A stretch of DNA of 64,000 nucleotides from a virus: the IMG/VR virus record IMGVR_UViG_3300045988_103765. One strand, given 5' to 3'. The position numbers and the translations under genes were made by a program. The number at the start of each line of letters is the position of its first letter. Positions within the stretch are counted from its first letter, which is position 1. The notes under the pieces were generated by a model. The model saw nothing but the letters and a program-made list of their open reading frames with translations. It was not told where the DNA came from and did not search any database. Shown here piece by piece: positions 1 through 8,167 of the stretch.

Positions 1-30
1 AAGAAGTAGTGGCTCGATGAAACGTCAAGT
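1..30. repeat. Copy 1 of a perfect inverted repeat of at least 30 nt (partner 14768..14797); cut by the window edge, so it may be longer
   Basis: AAGAAGTAGTGGCTCGATGAAACGTCAAGT at 1..30 is the exact reverse complement of 14768..14797. The match stops at nt 31 on the inner side. Confidence 0.9.
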
Positions 31-136
31 TGTTCAAGTGTAAGCTTGGATATAAGCGCCTACCGTCTGTGAAGATAGTTTAGATTGATTTTCAATTTTT
101 CATTTTTCATTAAGAGTGATTTTAATATTCTTATAC

Positions 137-168
137 CCTTCTTGCTTGTGAAAGTAGGAAGGTTTTTT
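137..168 (+). terminator. Rho-independent terminator hairpin with GUGA tetraloop
   Basis: An 11-bp stem CCTTCTTGCTT/AAGTAGGAAGG (two G-U pairs) caps GTGA and is followed by T6 (163..168). Confidence 0.6.
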
Positions 169-197
169 GGAACTTTCACAGATTTAAGCTACATTTG
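162..197 (+). promoter_or_regulatory. Bacteroides-type promoter (-33 TTTG, -7 TACATTTG)
   Basis: TTTG at 166..169 and TACATTTG at 190..197 are 20 nt apart, 31 nt upstream of the ATG at 229. The 17-mer GTTTTTTGGAACTTTCA recurs at 55887..55903. Confidence 0.55.
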
Positions 198-228
198 TAG
201 CGAAGTCTAAACTTAAATATTTAACGAA

Positions 229-513
229 ATGGCTGGAACAACTTTTACCAACAAGCGACTTTCCTATCATGTGTCTAACATAAATGGCACTATCACATTG
301 GAAGGTGACGCTACAATCAATTCACAATCATTGATTGATTCATTCAACGGTAGTGTAAACTCTACTACCGGACAGTACGGCAACTTCTCTTATTCTGAAT
401 CCGATGGGGGACAAGTCAACAGAAGCTACAACGGCTCAAAGGACATCGAAGTAGAGGCTTGTGACCTTATTGATTCTGTAATTGAAGACCTCAAAGCAGA
501 AGCGTTGAAATAA
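229..513 (+). CDS. Hypothetical protein (94 aa, Ser/Asn/Gly-rich)
   Basis: The ORF follows the promoter-like motif and its stop overlaps the next start (TAATG). No motif recognised. Confidence 0.55.
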   Translation: MAGTTFTNKRLSYHVSNINGTITLEGDATINSQSLIDSFNGSVNSTTGQYGNFSYSESDGGQVNRSYNGSKDIEVEACDLIDSVIEDLKAEALK

Positions 514-1124
514 TGGTTAATTACGAGCAGACAAAGAGTTTAATGAAATCAAGAGGGGTAGATAACCTCTCTCCTCTTGACTTCTCTTTTTCGTTGATGG
601 TGGCTATTGGTATCAATGAGATACAATCCTATATGGTTACTATCAGAGGGAAAGAGTACGAAAAGAAAACCGAAGAACAAATACCTAAGTTCCGTGAAAG
701 ATGTAGCTTGGAGGTTACAGACTATCTTGAACGGACGGACATTAAAGAAACTATAAGGTTTCTTAGGGCAGAGCATGATAGAAATATCAAAGATACTGCC
801 TTGCAGCTTGAAGACATTGACTTCAACGCAGAAGACCTAAGAAAGATATTGGCGAAGTTCTTGAAAGAGAAATACAAGGACATTGACGCAGCCGATGCAA
901 AGGACTTGCTCAACGCTATCAAAATATATGTGGATAAGTTCGGAGATTCCGGAGAGGACGGAGTTGCTAAGTTCAACCGACACTTTATCCAAGTTTATCC
1001 TCCATATAATGCTGTATGTCCCAATTGCGGAAAAGAGATTGACTTGCCTCGTGGTGTCAACTCTAAATGCAAGCATTGCGACCATCAGTTTGTATGGAGT
1101 GAAGAAAAGGAAAGATATTATTAA
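513..1124 (+). CDS. Hypothetical protein with C-terminal 4-Cys zinc ribbon
   Basis: 203 aa. The start is coupled to the previous stop. Contains CPNCGKE...CKHCDH near the C-terminus. Confidence 0.6.
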   Translation: MVNYEQTKSLMKSRGVDNLSPLDFSFSLMVAIGINEIQSYMVTIRGKEYEKKTEEQIPKFRERCSLEVTDYLERTDIKETIRFLRAEHDRNIKDTALQLEDIDFNAEDLRKILAKFLKEKYKDIDAADAKDLLNAIKIYVDKFGDSGEDGVAKFNRHFIQVYPPYNAVCPNCGKEIDLPRGVNSKCKHCDHQFVWSEEKERYY

Positions 1125-1200
1125 TGACACTCATATACAAAGTGATGTATATAATTGCCATTGATTTGTTTAATCTCATATTTGATAGTGTTAGTAGACG

Positions 1201-1229
1201 GCATCGGTCTGTGAAGATAGATGCTTTTT
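1201..1229 (+). terminator. Rho-independent terminator hairpin with GUGA tetraloop
   Basis: GCATCGGTCT-GTGA-AGATAGATGC forms a 10-bp stem with one mismatch, followed by T5. Confidence 0.55.
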
Positions 1230-1257
1230 AGTAGAAACATTTTAAAACAACATAATA

Positions 1258-1704
1258 ATGAAAACATCTAAAATTGTAAGCGTTTATAAAACAATGAACG
1301 ACAGCAAACTCACTAAGATGGAGGATGCTGACAAGTTTAAAGTTATTAAAGCATTACGTGCTATTAAGCCAATCAGTGAAGGCTATGAGGAATTTGTCAA
1401 GCTGACACATGAAAAGCTGAAAGACGATAAAATGGAAGAGATGCAGAAGAAAGCCCAACACTGGCAGGAAATGCAATCACAAGGGAAGGAAGTCGAATAT
1501 TCTTTTGAGGAGCGCAAGGAACTCAATGAATATTTCCAAAACTTCAACAATACCATTGAGAAGCTGATGAAAGAAGAGGGCGACAAGGAGAACGAACTCA
1601 CCTATGACAAGTTGAGTGAGGACGCTTTCGGAAAGTACATCGCTTCCAACGACTTCAATGTAAGTACCATCATGGACTTGCAGGAAGTTCTTGTAGGAGA
1701 ATAG
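1258..1704 (+). CDS. Hypothetical acidic helical protein (148 aa)
   Basis: ORF bracketed by two terminator hairpins. Lys/Glu-rich. No motif recognised. Confidence 0.55.
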   Translation: MKTSKIVSVYKTMNDSKLTKMEDADKFKVIKALRAIKPISEGYEEFVKLTHEKLKDDKMEEMQKKAQHWQEMQSQGKEVEYSFEERKELNEYFQNFNNTIEKLMKEEGDKENELTYDKLSEDAFGKYIASNDFNVSTIMDLQEVLVGE

Positions 1705-1741
1705 TATTTGTTGCATATTACATAGTTTATTTAGAGGTTAG

Positions 1742-1767
1742 GGGGAGCTTGTGAAAGTTCCCCTTTT
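1742..1767. terminator. Bidirectional terminator hairpin (GUGA tetraloop) between convergent genes
   Basis: GGGGAGCTT-GTGA-AAGTTCCCC forms a 9-bp stem followed by T4. It shares the 12-mer GCTTGTGAAAGT with the hairpin at 137..168. Confidence 0.6.
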
Positions 1768-1773
1768 CTATTG

Positions 1774-2868
1774 TTACGTTATTGGTCGTAGAGGTACTAC
1801 GGAATCTGTATATCTCGATGAATCAAGAGTAACCCAGACTTTATAGGATTCGTCTGCTTCTATATCAAATGTCTTTCTGATAACTGTGTATGTTTCACCA
1901 GCAGCCACAGTGAATGTTCCTAACTTTAATTTTGTTTCACCAACCATCTGTGGGTCAAACAAGTCATGTTTAGCGAAGCGAACCCACAGCCAATTATTAG
2001 TAAAGGTCTTGCTTGAACTTGTCGGGTTCTTGACTTGAACAGTCACGGTCAATGCAGTTGCAATCATTCCAATACCAGCATTGATGATGATATTATATGT
2101 GGTACTTACTACTTGTATCTCGGCAACCTTAGTATTAGGCAAAGTGAAATAGCCAGCAGCCTTATCTGCGTCCAGTCTGCCAAGCTTTACAGTAGACAAG
2201 AACGGATAGACATTATATGTGTTTACTGGCAATCCTCCAACTGGTACTTGTACCAGCATTGTCCCTGGACTGTCAGCAGTCAGTCGTTGCGACCTTGTTC
2301 CTCCTTTCTGAACCATATATACACCAAAGTACATATCCCCTAATGTATAAGTCACACCCTGCCATACCAATCCACCTATATCACTTAACGATAGACTTTC
2401 TCCCGTTGAAGATGATGGATTATAAGCTACTGTGGCAAAAAAGGTGCTGCCACTTAGATTATCTACTTGCTTTGGAACTGTAAACGAGTGAATTGGCGCC
2501 ATTGCTTCCGGCATATACCCTTCAAAGTCAAGAAGCCGGAAAGGTGCATTGCTTCCTCCTTGTGGCGGTGAATACTTATATCCATTTGCTCCGTCAGAAG
2601 TCATTTTACTTACTATATCCTTATAAGTACCAGCCTGCGCACCGCTTGTATCAATACCACAATTCCCATTACTACTTTTCCACCAATTTGAGTTTGTAAG
2701 ATTGATATTTTCTGATGGGTATATTACGGGCTTATACTTTGCCCACATATTTGTTTTACCATGAGTATTCTTGCACAAATAACCTAAGTCATTACTTGAT
2801 ACACCCAATGCTGTGCGGACATCATCAATACTGACGGGTGCTACGATTTTCCCACTTGATATTGGCAT
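1774..2868 (-). CDS. Putative receptor-binding / tail-associated protein, paralog A
   Basis: Start moved from the track start 2949 to ATG 2868 (MPISSGKIVAPVSIDDVRTALGVSS...NMWAKYKPV), where homology to the 3073 and 4563 genes begins. The C-terminal ~300 aa are unrelated to those of the paralogs. Confidence 0.7.
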   Translation of the reverse strand: MPISSGKIVAPVSIDDVRTALGVSSNDLGYLCKNTHGKTNMWAKYKPVIYPSENINLTNSNWWKSSNGNCGIDTSGAQAGTYKDIVSKMTSDGANGYKYSPPQGGSNAPFRLLDFEGYMPEAMAPIHSFTVPKQVDNLSGSTFFATVAYNPSSSTGESLSLSDIGGLVWQGVTYTLGDMYFGVYMVQKGGTRSQRLTADSPGTMLVQVPVGGLPVNTYNVYPFLSTVKLGRLDADKAAGYFTLPNTKVAEIQVVSTTYNIIINAGIGMIATALTVTVQVKNPTSSSKTFTNNWLWVRFAKHDLFDPQMVGETKLKLGTFTVAAGETYTVIRKTFDIEADESYKVWVTLDSSRYTDSVVPLRPIT

Positions 2869-2876
2869 AAATAAAC

Positions 2877-2902
2877 TATTTAGTTCTAAGAGAACTTGGT
2901 AA
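2877..2902. repeat. Left arm of a perfect 26-nt inverted repeat flanking a 136-bp segment
   Basis: TATTTAGTTCTAAGAGAACTTGGTAA is the exact reverse complement of 3039..3064. It contains the internal palindrome AGTTCT-n3-AGAACT. Confidence 0.9.
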
Positions 2903-3038
2903 AAAACATGGCTTTGAGCTACCCGTAGCAGCATTGAAGCCGTTAACAACTCTCACTTTCTTTTTCATATCATTCTTCATAATACATTGTATCTTAAACT
3001 TTTACACAAAGGTAAACATAATTATCCACAAATGCAAG
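2903..3038. promoter_or_regulatory. Candidate invertible promoter segment between divergent paralogs A and B
   Basis: 136 bp bounded by 26-nt inverted repeats. The best -7 match, TACCTTTG, lies on the minus strand (3007..3014) facing paralog A. A weaker TGGCTTTG (2909..2916) faces paralog B. Also contains TTATCCACA (3022..3030). Confidence 0.45.
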
Positions 3039-3064
3039 TTACCAAGTTCTCTTAGAACTAAATA
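3039..3064. repeat. Right arm of the perfect 26-nt inverted repeat
   Basis: TTACCAAGTTCTCTTAGAACTAAATA ends 8 nt before the ATG at 3073. The left arm ends 8 nt before the ATG at 2868 on the other strand. Confidence 0.9.
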
Positions 3065-3072
3065 CTTGCGAT

Positions 3073-4239
3073 ATGTCAAATAGCGGAGGAAAGATTACAG
3101 CACCAGTAAGCATAGAAGATGTGCGTACTGTTTTAGGCGTTTCAAGCTATGACTTGGGTACACTGTGCAAGAGCGAGAAGATTAATATGTGGGCGAAGTA
3201 CAAACCGGTAAGAGTGCCGATGTTCAATGAACTTTATGAAAGCGAATTCAATGAAGCACAATATGGATTACACATACCTTCCTCTTCCTCGCTTGACAGC
3301 GTGATTAATACGCCATGGAGCCACGCAGCCCCAAGAGGCGGAGATTCAGAACCGTATCGGTTGACCGACTTTGATAAGTATAACCATGTATCGGAATTTA
3401 TAATTTCCGGAAATCTCAATCCGAAATATGACTGCAATTCTGAAACTGGTGATTTGTACATTGGTGCGTTGCTATGGGAAAGGTACGGGCAATACAATCT
3501 TAATGCTAAAGATTTGCCGTTATTGATGAAAATGCGGCTTGGCTTGCGGATTGACGGCAACAAAATACTTACAAGCAAGAAAACGGTAGCTGATGTGATA
3601 GGCGATAGCCAGTTATTGGCATGTGTACTAAATCCCAAAAGCGTAGGAAAATCGAGTTTTACGATTGAGCAGTTCCTAACGACCGAAAACTATCCTTCGT
3701 TATCCACATTTCCTACCGTAATACAATGCTATTCGGTTCCAAACTACACGGGAAAGACCAATTCGGCGGTAGTAAATTACACAGAAATCGGTAGCGGAAT
3801 CACGTTCAAAGACCAATACATGTCAAACGAACTCAACGGAGCGTACCAGACGGAAGATTATTACATGACTACGCCTTTTGTCGTATCTTATAACGGAGAT
3901 TATTCGGAGTATTGGAAGACTACATGTTCAAACAGTCGTAGTACGAAAGTTACCGTCAATGTGACAGATTTCACCTTCCACGGATATGATGTTAACGGAA
4001 ATCCAGAAACCGAGACATACAACGAAGATTTGAAGATGTACAATTCTAACAAACAGCAGGTCTATTCCGTAGACATACCTGCAAATGGCTCGGTGACTTT
4101 GTATTTTAAAACAAGAATGATTGGAAACAATTATTCGTCATATAACACTCGCACAAACGTGTTCTATGCAGAAGCAAAAATCAACGGTTACAATCAAAAT
4201 AGGATTATAAGGTTTGAACTTAATTACAGGTGCAATTAG
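3073..4239 (+). CDS. Putative receptor-binding / tail-associated protein, paralog B
   Basis: 388 aa. The N-terminus MSNSGGKITAPVSIEDVRTVLGVSSYDLGTLCKSEKINMWAKYKPV is shared with paralogs A and C. The C-terminus is divergent. Confidence 0.7.
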   Translation: MSNSGGKITAPVSIEDVRTVLGVSSYDLGTLCKSEKINMWAKYKPVRVPMFNELYESEFNEAQYGLHIPSSSSLDSVINTPWSHAAPRGGDSEPYRLTDFDKYNHVSEFIISGNLNPKYDCNSETGDLYIGALLWERYGQYNLNAKDLPLLMKMRLGLRIDGNKILTSKKTVADVIGDSQLLACVLNPKSVGKSSFTIEQFLTTENYPSLSTFPTVIQCYSVPNYTGKTNSAVVNYTEIGSGITFKDQYMSNELNGAYQTEDYYMTTPFVVSYNGDYSEYWKTTCSNSRSTKVTVNVTDFTFHGYDVNGNPETETYNEDLKMYNSNKQQVYSVDIPANGSVTLYFKTRMIGNNYSSYNTRTNVFYAEAKINGYNQNRIIRFELNYRCN

Positions 4240-4335
4240 TAAACATCAACAACTATATTTTTAGAACCTTCCCGGAAAGGCAGAAAGTAGCTCAATGGTA
4301 GGTTCATTCTATACAAGAGTTTATGATAGATAATA

Positions 4336-4422
4336 ATGGTGGATATGGAAAAGAAAGTAGATTTATTAATTAAAGGTAACTTGTTGGTTACCAACAATAT
4401 AACTGGGGGGGGGGATTTTTAG
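4336..4422 (+). CDS. Short upstream ORF (28 aa as sequenced) interrupted just after a G10 tract
   Basis: ATG at 4336. The frame runs through G10 (4405..4414) to TAG at 4420..4422. With G9 the frame stays open to TAA at 4568..4570, overlapping the start of paralog C. Confidence 0.3.
   Translation: MVDMEKKVDLLIKGNLLVTNNITGGGDF
4405..4414. repeat. Homopolymeric G10 tract
   Basis: Ten consecutive G read directly from the sequence, inside the short ORF 150 nt upstream of paralog C. Confidence 0.95.
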
Positions 4423-4562
4423 TACCTCACTTGAACAGTTAGAAGAACATTTTAATGTTAGTGAAGCAGCGATAATTGAAGGGGACTTGAATGTAGAATC
4501 TTTCGATTGTCGCTCTTTGTGTGTGGTTGTGCTTGGTGCAGTAGTTGCGAAAGGAGGTAACT

Positions 4563-5717
4563 ATGAGTAATAGTGGAGGTAAAATAACTGCGCCAGTCAA
4601 TATAGCTACTGATATACCAGCCGTTCTTGGTATAAGTAGTACAGACTTAGGAACTCAATGTAAAAGTGATAGAGTAAATCAATGGTCTAAAAGAAAGCCT
4701 ATGGAATATAATTCTCCATTAGAGCTAAGTGAAGCTACAATGGCAAATAATCATTATGGTGTCTGGGCGTCAGTAGGAACAGATGTGGTATTATCTAACA
4801 ATACAATGAGAAGCTTTCCGTGGACGTATAAAAAACCTACAACATATTTTAGGGCAACAGACTTCAACGGATATTATCATAAGGCTGTACCGCCAATAGA
4901 ATTTACTTTTCCTAAAAAACTTACTATCACGGGAGGAGCAAGCGGTAATCTAATATCGGGAATTAATGCAGGATTTGATGATTTAGGTCAAAGCGGATGG
5001 AATACAGATTGTTTAAGTATAAAAGATGCTATCTATAGTGATACATTAAATTATAGATTTACAGTTTGCGTCTTAGCTAAAAGCTCAACCGGACAAGTAA
5101 AGAAATGGTATGTTACAGACAAAAAAACTTTAAAACAAAGATTTGATAGTAGGGACTATGGAGAGGTAGATGTAGACTTAAACCTTAAACAAGCAGGCAT
5201 TACACAAGGTATGTCTGCACAGCTATGCTATTTCCTATCAAACAACAATATACCAAATGGTGCTCCTTCTTTAACAATTACGGGAGATTGTACATCCTTA
5301 GAGTACACTCCGTATGCTTCTATTAGGTCTTATACAGTAGAATATACCTCACCAACAGCAGGACTGACAGCTACCATAGATTTTGACTTAAATAGCTATA
5401 CTGGAACAACATTCTATGTTACAAGGGTACATTATAAGATAACAAAGGATTCAAGCTATGTTCCTACTACATTCTATCTTGACATACAAGCAGAATTAGC
5501 ATCAGTCAAATGGATTTGGCTTGTAGAAAATATACAGCCAGTATTCAGTGGTAATGTTGCCGAAAGAACCTATTATACTTCGCAACTTCCTACTGACAAC
5601 ATGTTTGTTATGGATTATGCAGAACGGGATGAATTTTCTGTAGTCTTACGTTTTAATGACCCTGCTAATAGTTATACAGAAATATTAGCGACTGAAAATA
5701 AAGATGTGAATTGGTAG
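4563..5717 (+). CDS. Putative receptor-binding / tail-associated protein, paralog C
   Basis: Start moved to ATG 4563 (MSNSGGKITAPVNIATDIPAVLGISSTDLGTQCKSDRVNQWSKRKPM). It is preceded by AAGGAGG, which is unusual in this window. The C-terminus is divergent. Confidence 0.7.
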   Translation: MSNSGGKITAPVNIATDIPAVLGISSTDLGTQCKSDRVNQWSKRKPMEYNSPLELSEATMANNHYGVWASVGTDVVLSNNTMRSFPWTYKKPTTYFRATDFNGYYHKAVPPIEFTFPKKLTITGGASGNLISGINAGFDDLGQSGWNTDCLSIKDAIYSDTLNYRFTVCVLAKSSTGQVKKWYVTDKKTLKQRFDSRDYGEVDVDLNLKQAGITQGMSAQLCYFLSNNNIPNGAPSLTITGDCTSLEYTPYASIRSYTVEYTSPTAGLTATIDFDLNSYTGTTFYVTRVHYKITKDSSYVPTTFYLDIQAELASVKWIWLVENIQPVFSGNVAERTYYTSQLPTDNMFVMDYAERDEFSVVLRFNDPANSYTEILATENKDVNW

Positions 5718-5847
5718 TAATATCAATAAGTTTTCATATATTTGCAGTGGATTGAGCGCATTTCAATTTCAATGGTATATTCCCCATATTGAAAAAGATT
5801 TTAAGTTCCGAGATGCTTAGTCCTGAGATGCGTTCGTCCGCTTTAAA

Positions 5848-5875
5848 AAACAGAGTTGTTGCCGCAACTCTGTTT
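5848..5875. terminator. Bidirectional terminator hairpin between convergent genes
   Basis: AAACAGAGTTG-ttgccg-CAACTCTGTTT forms an 11-bp perfect stem flanked by an A-run and a T-run. Confidence 0.65.
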
Positions 5876-5923
5876 ATCTTGACTTTATATTTAAAAAGCA
5901 TCTGCTGCGAAGTAGGTGCTTTC

Positions 5924-6313
5924 TCATTCCAATATTATCAAGTTGTCATTAGCGTCTATCTGAATGCCAACGAACTTCATTTGAGGCAGGGAGATTATTC
6001 CAAGTATTTCAAGTCCCGTCTCCCTCTTGATACTTGAACGCACTCCAGATATATCGGCAATAAGAAATTGAGAGATGTCTTTCCCTTCAAAATTCGCAAA
6101 AGTATTACAGTAGTAAACATCATTCATTTCTCCTCCGGCACCAACTATCGTACCGGGAAACCTACGTCCTTTGAGAAGTCCGTACTTCTTAACTTTGTCC
6201 TCTGCAATTAAAGCAACACTTGCTCCCGTATCTATCAAGAAATAGGCTGGCTTACTATTTACTGTACATTCAATGATAAGCCTCTTGTCGGAAAGTGATT
6301 TAATCTGTTTCAT
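5924..6313 (-). CDS. Retropepsin-like (clan AA) aspartic protease
   Basis: 129 aa with the catalytic motif FLIDTGAS and a later ILGII flap-like segment. Its size is typical of single-domain retropepsin-like proteases. Confidence 0.65.
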   Translation of the reverse strand: MKQIKSLSDKRLIIECTVNSKPAYFLIDTGASVALIAEDKVKKYGLLKGRRFPGTIVGAGGEMNDVYYCNTFANFEGKDISQFLIADISGVRSSIKRETGLEILGIISLPQMKFVGIQIDANDNLIILE

Positions 6314-6332
6314 AGGATGGTATTTTTAACGA

Positions 6333-6788
6333 TTAAAGATAAGTATTCTCGTCTACACGGTGCATCTTCAAAGTACCCATAATATAGTTCCGACCAGTAG
6401 GACGATTAACTATTATAGTTGTAGGTTCGTAAGAATCCAAACATACAAACTTGCTCTCTGCACCAGCATATTCAGATTTGATAGTCACTTGGTGGCTCGT
6501 CATATAACTAATGAAGTTCTTGTGAACCGCACGGACATCAACCGTACTATCGTGGAAATCATCTATGATAAACGAAATCTCTACATCGGGATTTTCGTAG
6601 CACACTTTATCCGGTACGAAGACATCTTCCTTGTTGCTGTTAATCCAAGAAGCCGTATAGATATTCTTAGGCTCTCCTTGTGCAAGAAAGCCATCCATCT
6701 TCAATATACGAAGACCTTTCCATTTGACTGTAAAGTCAGTATAGTTTTCGATACCAGCTTTTACGAAATATATGTTTGCTCCTATCAT
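6333..6788 (-). CDS. Hypothetical protein (151 aa), possible tail component by position
   Basis: ORF tightly packed downstream of the tape-measure operon, with start and stop abutting 6788..7369. No motif recognised. Confidence 0.5.
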   Translation of the reverse strand: MIGANIYFVKAGIENYTDFTVKWKGLRILKMDGFLAQGEPKNIYTASWINSNKEDVFVPDKVCYENPDVEISFIIDDFHDSTVDVRAVHKNFISYMTSHQVTIKSEYAGAESKFVCLDSYEPTTIIVNRPTGRNYIMGTLKMHRVDENTYL

Positions 6789-7369
6789 TACAGTCTTAAA
6801 TCTTTAGTGAACATTTTTACTTTACCATCATTCTCTAAAACCTTCACTTCACATTTGGGAGAATACATATAGACTACAACATTACTGTGTACGTCTACAT
6901 AGTCAATAGTCAAAACACTTTCATCAAACAGATAAATACGTATGGTGTTAAATCCGTCCAATTCCAAGTGAACATTAGACTTATTGGATATATATATAGT
7001 TGGGCATTTAGTTTCTTGTACCGATATGCGGCTATCACATTGGACGAAGTGAGAAACGTCCTCTTTTAAGGTTATATAATCGTGATTATCTACCCACATA
7101 GAGTAAGTATAACCATCCACTCCATCAACATTATTAAAAGTGTGCTTCCCATTTATATAGTCAGCAAACTCCCTTTTCAAAAAGTCTACGGACATTCCCC
7201 AGCCTTCATACATTGAAGTTGCCATATATGGAATACTCTGTTGCTGCAAGGCAAGCTGCATTAGCTTCTCTCTATCCTCCTTGCAGGCTTTCCACTCCTT
7301 ATTGTACTCGCTACACAAGTCCCGTAACAAAGAGTTTTTGTAAAAGTATAGTAAGTTATGCTCCATCAT
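6788..7369 (-). CDS. Hypothetical protein (193 aa)
   Basis: ORF whose start overlaps the stop of 7366..8055 by 4 nt. No motif recognised. Confidence 0.5.
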   Translation of the reverse strand: MMEHNLLYFYKNSLLRDLCSEYNKEWKACKEDREKLMQLALQQQSIPYMATSMYEGWGMSVDFLKREFADYINGKHTFNNVDGVDGYTYSMWVDNHDYITLKEDVSHFVQCDSRISVQETKCPTIYISNKSNVHLELDGFNTIRIYLFDESVLTIDYVDVHSNVVVYMYSPKCEVKVLENDGKVKMFTKDLRL

Positions 7370-8055
7370 TCTTCTTTAAACAAGGAAACTATAAAATCAC
7401 GTCCAGCACCCGTCCACCTTCTATCATAAATAATGCGTCCGTTATCTAATACAGTTTGCTTAACAGAAGTGTAACCTAAGTCGGCATACTTGGCATATAA
7501 TAGCCATGTACCGTTTTGCTTAAACTGAACTTCCATCTTAGCTAACCGATTGTTAAGTTCTATTGCAGACCTCAAACCAACTTCCTTTGCAATCTCGCCA
7601 GCAGTATAAGTTTTAGAATCATGCACCAAGCGTTTAACATTGTCTTGTGCCTCCTTAGCTTCAAGTAACGCCTGCTGTTTTGCTTCATACTCCAAAGCCC
7701 AAGCTCTTGCGGCTTCTGCCGGATTATTGAAGTTAGGCAATGTGATACCAGAAATAGCTTTCTTTTCACATTCAAGAAAGTAGTTCCTATAATCATAACT
7801 TAAAGGAGTTCTTGCCATCATTGCAATATGTTTAGCAAAGTCTATTGTGATAGCATAATCCTTAGTTTCATTACCGTTCGTCATTGTGACGAACCCTACC
7901 CAATCCTCATTCTCTTTAAAGAAATCATCTTCAACTATGTTTTGAGTTGCCCATCTCGACCAATTAGATTTATCTAATCCAAGTCCAATATACAACTCTC
8001 TTGCCGAAACGACTTGCTTTCCTTCTCTCTCTGAAATTTTAATTAGCTCTTTCAT
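7366..8055 (-). CDS. Phage antirepressor-like protein (AntA-like N-terminus plus KilAC-like C-terminus)
   Basis: 229 aa. The N-terminus (VVSARELYIGLGLDKSNWSRW) and the C-terminal half (TAGEIAKEVGLRSAIELNNRL...LLYAKYADLGY) match the architecture of KilAC antirepressors, recalled from memory. Confidence 0.6.
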   Translation of the reverse strand: MKELIKISEREGKQVVSARELYIGLGLDKSNWSRWATQNIVEDDFFKENEDWVGFVTMTNGNETKDYAITIDFAKHIAMMARTPLSYDYRNYFLECEKKAISGITLPNFNNPAEAARAWALEYEAKQQALLEAKEAQDNVKRLVHDSKTYTAGEIAKEVGLRSAIELNNRLAKMEVQFKQNGTWLLYAKYADLGYTSVKQTVLDNGRIIYDRRWTGAGRDFIVSLFKEE

Positions 8056-8167
8056 ATTTACGACTGTTTATACGACTTGTTAATAATAATGAGAGAGAAG
8101 TAGAAGTCGCCACTACTTTCAATAGAGGAGCTACCTCTATCTATCTCCCTCACTACAAATATACTAA

